Source of the DNA: Azolla caroliniana
Lineage: Eukaryota; Plantae; Polypodiophyta
Direction of reading: 5' to 3'
NCBI GenBank assembly: GCA_043228905.1
Contig: JBHGNT010000011.1
Coordinates: forward strand, 14,384,001-14,448,000
Length of the DNA stretch: 64,000 nucleotides
In this document: positions 25,329 through 36,412 of the stretch, piece after piece
How positions within the stretch are numbered: the stretch's first letter is position 1
Layout of the letters: every line of letters begins with the position of its first letter
Notes under the pieces: model-generated
Told to the model about the DNA's origin: nothing
Seen by the model: only the letters and a program-made list of their open reading frames with translations
The model's database searches: none
Position numbers and translations under genes: made by a program

Positions 25329-25970
25329 AGATGTGGAGGTATTCCTCGCGGATGCGTGGAATGAGGCGGGACCTCGGGGGTCTTGTACCGAAGAGCAAGA
25401 GAGAAAGGAGAAGGGAACCCACTACGTGCGAGCGTAGATTCGCAGGGACACGGCCCTTCGACACAAAGACGCGAGTGGGACAACGACACAGATAGACACG
25501 AATGTATGTATGTATTAACAAAGACAAACAACAAGAACACGAAGTCGGTTACAACCGAACAGGCCGGCGAACAGATGTCGATGCCTGTTCGTAAACGCAC
25601 AGAAAGAAAGGAGTAGGTTGGAGGTGCTGTCGGAAGCACTCGGGCATTCCTCAGAGCAGCGCGAGCCTCCCGAAACCTGCGCAGAAAGAAGCTATGGAGT
25701 TTGGAAGAGAGAGAAGCCTTCGGCCTACAATCCGACAGCAGTTCGTCCTCTCTTCCTTCGCGCCCCCTCCTCCTCCTCGTCTCCCTCCTTTTATAGGCAA
25801 GAAGGGAGCCGTTTCCTATTAACTTCCTACCTACCGAATCTACCTACCTAGGATCTCCCATGTCCCTAATTCTCTCCTATGTACACCATAAGGCGTACGC
25901 GCATGAAGAGTCGGTTCCTATGCTCCGGCGCACCGATTCCGCTTGGGGACGGTTTTCTTCACGACAACGC

Positions 25971-26708
25971 AGAAGGATCCAAAACCGGGAAAGCCGATAA
26001 AGGGCCGGCCTTGGTGATGAAACATGAGGCTAACTCGATGAAGAAGACCACTTCCAAATCGGAGGAAGTGTGGTACGTTGATTCCGGTGCGTCGAATAAC
26101 ATGACGAGCCACAAAGAGTGGTTCTCCTTCCTGGAGAAACCGGAACAACCGGGAGTTGTCGAAACCGGAGACAACACTCCTCACCCAATCGTGCATGTCG
26201 GAGAAGTCCCTTTGAGCCACGTCGGACAGAGGGGGAAGCCGATGAATGTATTACACGTTCCGACTATCATGAAGAACATGGTGTCGGTTGGACAGATTGT
26301 CGACCAGGGGATGCAGGTGCGGTTTACACACCTTGGGTGGTTCATCGAGGAAGAGGGCCAAATCATTGCGCAAGGGCGCAGAGACGGGAGGATGTTCATC
26401 CTCGACACTAATGACGTCGGCACCGCTTTGTTCGCCAAAGGACAGAAGATTGAATCAGATATTGATCTTTGGCACAAGCGGATCGGCCACGTCAATTACC
26501 GGAGGCTTCAAGACTTGCAAACGAAACACATTATTTTCGGTTTGCCGAAGTTTAGTGGCCGGAAGGCCCAAGTATGTGAAGCCTGCCAACTCGGAAAGCA
26601 ACACCGACTTCCATTCCCCACCGAACGAAACCGTAGCCGTAACAAGCTCGACCTTATTCATTCGGATGTACGGGGACCGGCACAGAACGTGAGTCTTGGC
26701 GGGAGTCA
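25971..26708 (+). pseudogene. Copia C3 protease, GAG-pre-integrase and start of integrase
   Basis: VWYVDSGASNNMT, LWHKRIGH, CEACQLGKQHR, LDLIHSDVRGP. Confidence 0.9.
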
Positions 26709-29010
26709 CGGGGGTATTAGAGTCCGAATGGAAACTTCTTAACAGAAAGGCGGTGGCCACCATTAGACAATGTGTCGATGTAAGTGTCCTTTAGCATGTG
26801 GCGAACGACACAAATGCCTACGAGATATGGTAGAAGTTGTTAGGTTTATATGAGAGGAAGAACGCCCTCAACAATATCTTTGATGAGAAAGATTGTGAGG
26901 CTGAAATACTGGGACAGAGAAAGCATATTGGAACATGTAAGCACATTCATGAGGTATGTAAACCAACTTGATGCCACCAAGTTTCCCCTTGAAGATGCAA
27001 TGCAGACCATCCTGCTATTGTGTACCTTGCCGGACAACTGGGAGAACCTATTGGTGACTCTCAGCACCTCGTGTCAAAAGGAGAATTTGTCTCTACAAGT
27101 GGTAAAGCAAAACACCTTGAATGAGGAGACAAGAAGGAAGGACAAGATTGTCATGTCCTAATTGGAATCAAACCTGACTCAACACACCGGTAGAGGAAGG
27201 AACTAACAAAGGAGTCAATCAAGGAGAGAAAATTCACATGCCAAATCCAAGTCCAGAGGTCAGCTAACATGCTTCTATTGTGGAAAGCTTGGACACTTTC
27301 AGAAGGATTGCTGACACCTCAAGAAGGACAAGAGTGTCGGCAATAGTGTCGAACCCAGGAAGATTCCTGAAGAAAAGGGCACATCGACCATAGCTGCAAG
27401 TGCATATGAGATCTTGTTCATTTGTGAGCATGCGAGCACAAATCTTGCAAGTGAAGAGTGCACCTGTGTAATCGACTCGGGTGCATCTTTCCATATAACT
27501 CTGTCGAGAGAGTGTTTCTCGACTTACACATCCAAGGATCATGGCTATGTAAAGATGGGAGATAATGTAGAATGCAAGATAGCCAACATAGGAAGTGTAT
27601 GCCTGACAATGTCGACTGGTTGTCAATTGATGTTGAGAGAAGTTCGACATGTCCCCGATATCAGATTGAATCTGATATCCACTGGAAGGTTGGACGACGA
27701 AGGCTATAGTGGTAGCTTCAGAAACGGCAAGTGGAAGTTCTGTCGTGGAAAACTCATAGTGACCCGAACACAGAAAGAGGGCACACTGTATATGATGCAT
27801 GCCCGACTGTGCAAGTTGGAAGTGAATGTGGCAGCCAACTCAAGTGGAGAGTTATGGCATAAGAGGCTCGACCACATGAGTGAAAAAGGAATGCACTTCC
27901 TAGCCGACCAGGAATCTCTCCCAGAAGTGAAAGGAGTACACTTGGAGAAGTGTGTCAATTGCTTAGTCGGGAAGCAGAACAAAGCCGCATTCCACACAAG
28001 ACCACCAAGGAGAAGAGAACTTGCACTGGAACTACTACACACAGATGTGTGCTATGTGGATGCTCCATCGCATCGAGGTGGACAGTACTTCATAACATTT
28101 ATTGACGACTATAGTCAGAAGACATGGGCCTTCGTACTAAGGTCGAAGGATCAAGTACTATCAATGTTCAAGGAATTCTAGGCAAGAACCAAACGAGAGT
28201 CAGGTTGGAAGTTGAAGGATGTCTGAACCGAAAATGGTGGCGAATATAGAGGGCAATTCGAAGAATACTGCAAGGCCCAAGGTATTCAAATCGAATACAA
28301 AGTGCCAAAGACCCCTGAGTTGAACGGGCTTGTAGAAAGGATGAATCGAACGATCATGGAGAGAGTGAGAAGCATGTTATCGCATGCTAAGTTGCCAAAA
28401 TCGTATTGCGTTGAGGCGATGTACACGGTTGTTTATCTGATCAAAAGGTCCCCCTCAATGCCACTAAAAGGTGATGTCCCACAGAGGGTGTGGAAAAGAA
28501 AGGATGTCTCCTATCAATACTTGAGGGTGTTCGGATGCTTGGTGTATATGCATGTATGTAAGGATCAGAGGTCGAAGCTCGACAGTAAGTTGAAAGCATG
28601 CATATTTATGGGATACTCGGACGAAGAGTTCGGCTATAGGTTGTGGGACATAGTCGATAAGAAAATAATGAGGAATCGGGACGTTGTCTTCTTGGAAGAC
28701 AAGACTATTGAGGACTGGAAGAAACAGAAGTCGGAATCGACTTCCCAATCAACTCCCACTACCACCGACTTAAGGCCAAGTGAACCGACACAGTCGGCTA
28801 TTCGAAGATAGCCAGTCGGCACAGCCGAATCCGAGTCGGTCGACTCGGAGCTACCGACCAATACAGATGAGTTGGAGTCGGCGGACTTCTTGAAGTCGAT
28901 CGAGGAATACGAGTCGAAATAGACAAATCCTCAACGACCGATCGACACATATCAACCCGAGCCGAAAGAAGAGTCGGCAGAGACATCCGAGCTAGAGCCA
29001 ACAACGAGTG
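26709..29010 (+). mobile_element. Ty1/Copia element C4 (Tnt1/Tork-like), 5'-truncated gag-PR-INT
   Basis: EWKLLNRKAVATIRQC, TCFYCGKLGHFQKDC, VIDSGASFH, LWHKRLDHMS, LELLHTDVC, TPELNGLVERMNRT. Fused directly to C3 integrase at ~26708. Confidence 0.85.
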
Positions 29011-32000
29011 TGTCAAGAAATATGCGGAATAATCTCCGGCCACAACCGAAACGTAGATCACTTGATGAAAATCGAACACAGAAGAAATGGGAATGGAGGT
29101 AAGTACATGAACATAAAAGAGAATACACAGGATGTTAACATGGAAAACCCCTGAGAGGGAAAAACCACGGGAGTCCACGGACTCCTAACTATCACTATGT
29201 CAATGAGCACAACAGGGAGCACAGAGGCAACGACCTCCTGCTCACGATCTTCGCCTGGCGGCGATTACAACAGAGACATGCTCTGTCTTGCTCTCTCTCT
29301 CTCTCTCTCTGTACATTCGTTCCACCAAAAATTACACTATAAGAAGATAATAACAACAACAGTCTTAACATTGTTTGCCGTAGGTCACATTTATACTAAT
29401 ATGACATTAGGACTATTTACAGATATAGCCCCAATGAGCTCTCAGAAACATATCTACATATACATCCCTTCATCCGGTGAAAGGTTCTCACGGGGCCTGC
29501 AACATCCGGTTCTCACCGGGTCTTCCTTGCGAGGTACTCATCATCCGGTTCTCACCGGGTCTGCATCATTCGTTGCTGGGTACTCCGTATCCCATCCGGA
29601 GGGACCGAGATCCTAACAAACTCCCCCTTCACTTCGGCATGGGATGCCTCGTCAATCTGAACCGCTTCTGGCATGCGTCTAGCTTGTCAGGCGTCAGCAG
29701 CTTGGTCAAGATATCTGACCCGTTCTCCTCGGTGTGGATCTTCGTTACCACGAACTCTCGGTCTTCTACTCGCTCCCGAATCCAATGGTACCTCTATTGG
29801 ATGTGCTTCGTCCTAAAATGATACGTTGCGTTCTTCGCAAGGTGGATGGCACTTTGATTGTCGCAATAGAGCCGGTATTCCTCTTGCCGGATCCCTAGCT
29901 CTTCGATGAAGTTCTTCATCCATAGTATTTCCTTGCAGGATTCCACAGCCGCCATGTACTCCGCTTCCGTGGTTGACAACGCAACTGTCTTCTACAGCCT
30001 CGATTGCCACGAAACAACTCCCCCCGCATATGTCATGATATATCCGGATGTTGACTGGCTGGTATCCGCATCAACTGACATATCCGAATCGGTGAAACTG
30101 TCAAGTTGGGGTTTACTAGAGCCGAATCGGATGCACATACTTGAGGTGCCTTTCAAGTATCGGAGTATCCATTTTACCGCATTCTAGTGCTCCTTGCCGG
30201 GATTGCTCATAAACCGGCTCACCACTCCGACTGCATATCTGATATCCGGTCGGGTACACACCATTGCGTACATTAGGCTCCCGACGGCAGAGGCATATGG
30301 TATCTTCATCATATCCGCCTTCTCTGCCTTCATCTTCAGGCTTTGCTTACCGGATAACCTGCAGTTTGTCGGAAGAGTCAATGCGACCGGTTTCACATCT
30401 GACATGTTGAACCGCTGACGCACCTTCGTCACGTACTTCTCCTGTGACAACCACAATTGCTTTGTTGGCCGGTCCCGGATGATATGCATCCCCAACATCT
30501 GTCTTGCCGAACCCAAGTCTTTCATTGAGAAGGTCTAGTTCAGGGCCTTGTTCAGCATCCGTATCTGGACTTGGTCTCGTCCAACGATCAACATGTCGTC
30601 CACGTACAAGAGGAGTATAAGGAAGTCTCCACCTTCGAAATTCTTCACAAATACGCAGTGATTGGCCCGCGTCTTGTGGTACCCTTGATCGGTCATGAAG
30701 GAGTCAAACTTCCGGTACCATTGCCAAGGAGCCTGCTTCAACCCGTAGAGGCTCTTTTTTAACCGGCAAACCAGGTGCTCCCTCCCTTTCTTCACAAATC
30801 CCTCCGGTTGTTGCATGTAGATCTCCTCTTTGAGGTCACCGTGGAGGAACGTCGTCTTCACATCTAACTGCTCTACCTCGAGGTCCATGCTTGTCGCTAT
30901 GCTCAACACCGTCCGGATGGAAGTCATCTTTACTACCGGGGCAAATATCTCGTTGAAGTCCACGCCCTTCTTTTGATGGAACCCCTTCACCACGATCATG
31001 GCTTTGTACCTTGGAGGGTTGCCGACATCTCCCGGTTTCAACTTGTACACCCACTTGCTTCGGAGTGCCCTCTTTCCTTTCAACAACTCCACCAATTCAT
31101 ACATGTGGTTCTCATGTAGGGAATCCATCTCGTCCTGCATGGCACTCAACCACTTGCGGCTATGGGTGTCATCCTTCGCTTCTTCGAAGCTTTCCGGCTC
31201 CCCCTCATCGGTCAGTAGCAGATGTTCTGCATCCGGAAATCTCCGGGGGGGCCTTCTCTCTCTGAGAGGATATCTCCGTCTTTGGCTCTCGGCAACCGGC
31301 TCCTCTATTTGTTCTTCATCTGAATCCGATTCCGGGTCTTGGCCGGTTTCGGTTTCAGCTTCTTCTTTTGCCAGTTCGGTATCCTCACCGTAACCGGCTG
31401 GTTCCTCGAGTGTCATCTGGCTCTTAGCCAGGTGGGTCCGAATCTCATCGGAGTTCATTATCTTCTTCTCCAACTCCCAGTTGGCAAGAGTATTGTCCTC
31501 CATGAAGATAATATCTCGGCTCCGGAGAACCTTCTTGTCAACCGGATCCCACACTCGATAGCCGAACTCATCATCGTCGTATCCAAGGAATATGCATGGC
31601 CGGGTCTTTGGATCCAACTTTCCTGTCTGGTCCTTAGCAACATGCACGTACGCGAGACAGTAGGACACTTCCTTACCGGTCCACACCTTTTGCGGCGTGT
31701 CTCCATCCAAGGGCACTAAGGGTGATCTGTTTATCACATACGTCGTTTTCGACAACGCCTCAGCCCAAAACGTCTTGGGTAGATTAGCATGTGCTAGCAT
31801 ACTCCGGACCCTCTCCATTATGGTCTGGTTCATCCTCTCGGCTAGCCCGTTTAGTTCCAGCGTCTTTGGCACGGTAAATTCGAGCCGGATTCCCTTCGAG
31901 CGGCAGTACTCCTCGAACTGTCCCCGGTATTCCCCTCCGTTATCTGCTCGAACCGCCTTCAGCTTCCGTCTGGTTTCTCTTTCCACTCTTGCGTGGAGCT

Positions 32001-33291
32001 CCTTGAAGACGGATAACACTTGATCCTTCGTCTTCAACGATGTGGCCCATAGCCTCCTACTATGGTCATCTATGAACGTCACGAAGTACTGTGCTCCGGC
32101 ATGGGACTTCGTGTCCACTTGACACACATCGGTGTGCACCAACTCCAATGGTGCATTACGTCTCATCGGTGGCCTTGAATGGAAGGAGGTCCGGTTTTGT
32201 TTATCGGCTAGGCAGTCGGTGCACCTCTCAAGATGCACATTCTTCAACGGAATGAGGTTGTCATCGGCAAGCCTCTTCATCCCCTTCACACTCATGTGAC
32301 ACAGTCTCTTATGCCACAGCTCACCAGCAGTGTCGGAAGCCACGTTCACTTCTTCCGGGCATAACCAGGCATTCATCAGGTACAACATGTTGACCTTTCG
32401 GGCCCTTTGCTGAATTTCATGACTCCGTTCCGGATGCTACCCATGTAGCCTTCATCATCTAGCCGACCGGCTGATATCAGGTTCAGTCGAACCTCCAGAA
32501 CATGTTGGACATCCTTCAGTCGAACCTCCAGAACGCTCCGGAATCAACAACCCACGTTGTCTCGTCGCCGGCAAGGTTCAACTCACTCTCGTCGGTGATG
32601 AGCATCAACTCTTCTTCACTTGCCGCGATTGTCATCGTTCCCTTCCGGTCCGGCCCCCTCCGGTCTTTACCGTTCTGGTCCGGTGTCCGCTTCGAATCGG
32701 TACAATCGGTTTCCTTGTCTTTTTGGAAGTGCCGACAGTTCTTTTGGAAGTGTCCCAGCTTGCCGCAATAGAAGCAAGTAGGCCTCCCCCTTGACTTTGA
32801 CCGTGTCCCCGACTTTTCCCAGTTCTGGGGACTACAATTCCTTTGTCTTCCGCGTTCCGATTCGGTAAGGAGTGCTTTGGAGTCGGAGCTTGTATCCTTG
32901 TCTTTCCGACACGCCTCCTCATCTAGCAAGCTCGACTTCACTCTTGCTAGGGATAACCGTTTCCCTTCCGGCCCGACGTTGCCCAAAGTGACAACCAACG
33001 TCTCCCAACTATCTGGGAGGGAACCGAGCAGGAGTAGTGCTACTACCTCATCGGCGAGAGGTACTTCCAGTCATGTTGCCTGGTGGATCAGCCCCTGGAA
33101 GGCATTCATGTGCTCTGCCATGCTGGAGCCATCTTGGTACCGGAGTCTTACTAGCTTCCGAAATACCGAAACCTGATTAAGAACATTTTTGTTCTGAAAC
33201 ATAATGCCGATCTTCTCCCAGAGCTCATGAGCCTTGCTCTCTTCATTGAAGTTGTTGTATAGACTCATGTCGATATAACACTTAATTATAA
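29011..33291 (-). mobile_element. Ty1/Copia element C5 (3' LTR 29011-29618, PPT, RH, RT, INT, PR, partial gag); 5' end lost
   Basis: Minus strand PPT gaagggggagtt then TGTTAGGATCTCGG. LLLYVDDML, QLDVKTTFLHG, YASAVGSLMYAM, STTEAEY, LVHTDVC, TCFYCGKLGHFQKNC. The outer LTR end could be 29009 rather than 29011. Confidence 0.9.
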
Positions 33292-33761
33292 TGACAAGAG
33301 ATTACAAACTCCGACGGTTACAACCGACAAGGCGGCGACGGACCCGACACGGGGACCCTACTCACGCACACTGACGACAATCACACGACTCCCAAAAACA
33401 AAGGGGGAAAAAGGGGAGACTCTGCTGGAAGCACACGGGCTGTCCCCGAAGCAGAGGTAGCGAACTCCCGACACCCGCAGAGAACGATGGTCGGCCGAGA
33501 AGAGAGAGGCTTCATACCCAGATCTGCAGCAGCACCTCCTCCTCCCTCGCGCGCGATACCCCTTTTCTCTTGTCCTATCCCCTTTATTCCCTGTCCCTCT
33601 GACAGGGATACGCACAATCCCCCCCCCTAATAAATGCGTGCGGCTTAGTATTTATCTCCACCGATTCGTGTACAAAATACCAAGTCACGCGTCCATCCGT
33701 GTAAGGGCCGGTTTATGCACTTTCTCTCCGATTCCGCTTATGGCCGGTTTTCTTCACGACA
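33292..33761 (-). mobile_element. Solo LTR of the G2/G3 superfamily with non-matching flanks
   Basis: TG...CA; ends ggttttcttcacgaca like the G2 LTRs. Left flank is C5 gag and right flank is G3 pol; no TSD. Confidence 0.7.
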
Positions 33762-36365
33762 CTGGATGATTCCAGTAAGTTTGGAAATGATGTATGAAGT
33801 CATCGCCGACTTCAAGGAGAGGGTCGAGTTGGATTGGACGACCCATGTGCATACAAAGTACAAGACTGTGGACCAGAAGGTGAGGCTAGTCGCGGCACCC
33901 TTGCCGGAGGGCAGTGAGTTACGAATGAAAGGGGTCGCGTCGGACCCAAGTTTACGAGATCCGTCCGGCATAGGACACTGGTTCACCAACATAACGTTAC
34001 GGGAGCTCAAGGTCAGTGGGGTGGCTTTCTACTGCCGGTAGAGGAGGACCGATTTTGGGGAATGTTCGAAAGGCACAGGAGGGCCTTCGCATTCACGCTG
34101 GGGGAGATCAGGTGCGTAGACTTGACAATCGTGGAAGCATTGGTGATCTTCACGGTACCACATGTGTCGTGGAATCTCAAGTCGATTCCGGTGCCCAAAG
34201 CTCACATCTTGATGTTGATGGAGCTACTGAAGCAGAACGTGGAGATGGGCGTCCTCGAACCGTTGAGTGCCTCGTACTCGAATCGGTGGTTTATCGTGCC
34301 AAAGAAGAACGACATGTTGCGCTTTATTCAGGACCTGCATCCGGTCAACAAGGTGACCATTTAGAACACATGAATTGGACCGTCCATTGACGAGTTCGCG
34401 GAGGCCTTTGCCGGAAGGTCGATTTACTCGGTTGGGGATCTGTACTCGGGGTACGAGCAATTCCAACTAGTCGTGGAGAGCAGGGATATTATGACAATGC
34501 GAACTCCTTTCGGCCTAGTGCGGATGTGTACCCTTCCGTAAGGGGGGACAAACTCGGTAGCGCACATGGTGAATGCGATGAATAAGGTGCTAAGGGACTG
34601 CGCCTTGGACATCACCATGCCATTTCTGGATGACATTCCAATCAAGGGATGTCCGGTGGAGGGTAAGGACAAAACGGTCGGATTGGACTGGTGTCGGAAA
34701 TTCATCTCAAACCACATCAGAGACTGCGAGAAGGTGCTACAGAAGCTCGAAGGCGTGCGGCCCACCTTCTCCGGGGAGAAATCGGCTTTCAAATAGTCGG
34801 AAATCATGGTCGTCGGACACCTGTGCGGGCCCTATGGCCGGAAACTGTCTCCGGCTAAGGTGGAAGCTATCTCCGCAATGAAGGAAGACTACATGTCGGT
34901 TACAGAAGTCCGAAGGTTCTTGGGAGCTTGCGGGTTCTACCACATTTGGATCCCGCATTACACCCATATTGCCGAGCCGCTCTACAGGTTGTTGAAGAAG
35001 GAGCACAAGTTCGAGTGGAGCGGGGAGCATGCGGAGTCGGTCAAGAAAATGAAAGAAGCGTTTGCCGCAACACCGACACTTTGGAAAGTGGTCTACGGCA
35101 AACATGTTCCGATTTATGTAACAGTAGACACGAGTCCGACTGGAATCGGATGGGTGATCAACCACGAGGATGAGAACGGCACGAGGTTCCCCATCCGGTT
35201 CGGTGCGAAAGTACTTAGCGAGCGACAACGAGAGGTAATAATAGAGACGGACTGCCTACCGATTCTCGGTATGGTTTCCAAATGCGCAACGCCGAACCTG
35301 GCAATGCTCAAGTGGATAGCGTACATTAAGTCCCTCAATCTGGAGATACAACACATCTCCAGGAAGGACAACACCATGGCCGACATGCTTTCGAGAGCGA
35401 GGTTTGATGATGAGGGTGGCATGGTTTTAGAGGACGAGGAAGTCGGCGTGGACTTCTTCGAGACGGCTTACATGACGACGAGAAAGGGGAGCACTCCGGC
35501 GCTTAACGAGTTCGACGAGAGCAAGTATGACAGGGAGTGGCTCCAGATTGGTGGGTTCCTGAAAATGATGACTCTAGACACAATGTGGACAAAGGAGGAG
35601 GCTAACCGGATCCGGAAGAAAGCGTACCGATTCTTCCTACGGGACGGAAGCATATGGAAGCACCCAAAGAAGCGAGACGGTGTCCCACTCTTGGTAGTGG
35701 TGAGGAAGGAGGAGTAGGAAGCAATGTTGACGGCGTACCACGAGAGTCCTTGGGCCAGGTATCGAGGGACATGGTCCACGTTCGAGAAGCTGAAGGAGAA
35801 GTACTGGTGGCCGGGACTGTACCGAGACGTGCATCGGTTCGTAACGACTTGCGAAAGCTATCAGATGCATTCCATAGTCCGACATCGTGACGAGCTGCAC
35901 CCGACTTACCCATCGACCGTCCACTTCAAGTGGATGGTGGATCTGGTGACGATGCCGATGGGGGTAGGGCAGATGCGATACCTGGTGCTAGCACCATAGT
36001 TCCTAATATTCACGTACGTCCAATTTACTGGACGTACGCGAACGTTTGCAAACGTACGCGTATGATACGTGATATTCGTTTGGCTTCTTCTTTTTTTGAC
36101 TTTTTTGGGGTTTTTTAAATTTTTGATATTCATAATTCTTTGTGAATAGAAGTGACGTTTGACACACACTCTCTCTCTCTCTCTCACGAGAACTAACAGA
36201 TCTTCTCTCTCTACAAAATCTAGATATCTAATATACATATTACACACTCCCTCACACAGACAAAACCCATAGCTCCTCTCTCTCTCTCTCTAGAGTCTAG
36301 ATATACACTCAACCACTGTCTCCTCACACATGCAAAACAGGGCTTCTCTCTCTAGACCACACACA

Positions 36366-36412
<47 letters not shown>

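Larger units (their letters stand above)
18965..25966 (-). mobile_element. Full-length Ty3/Gypsy element G2 (tRNA-Trp PBS, 4-bp TSD)
   Basis: 635-bp LTRs at 25332-25966 (5') and 18965-19599 (3'), ~12 differences by eye. TSD atgc/acgc. PPT gttaggtgggggcgga (19600-19615). Domain order gag-PR-RT-RH-INT. Confidence 0.95.
6854..26708 (+). mobile_element. Ty1/Copia element C3 (5' LTR split 6854-7001 + 17704-17984, PBS, gag, PR, INT start); hosts G1 and G2; 3' part deleted
   Basis: TGTTGAG start at 6854; LTR ends TTTTACA at 17984 before a perfect PBS TGGTATCAGAGC. The gag/pol frame rejoins across the G2 insertion (YLHY|AEGSKTG). Confidence 0.8.

Noticed and set aside
18445-25851. Many long antisense or overlapping ORFs (e.g. 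18445-19371, 22446-23270, 24161-24817) and ORFs inside LTRs
   Set aside because: Expected shadows of GC-rich retroelement coding sequence; no recognisable domains, and some cross element junctions.
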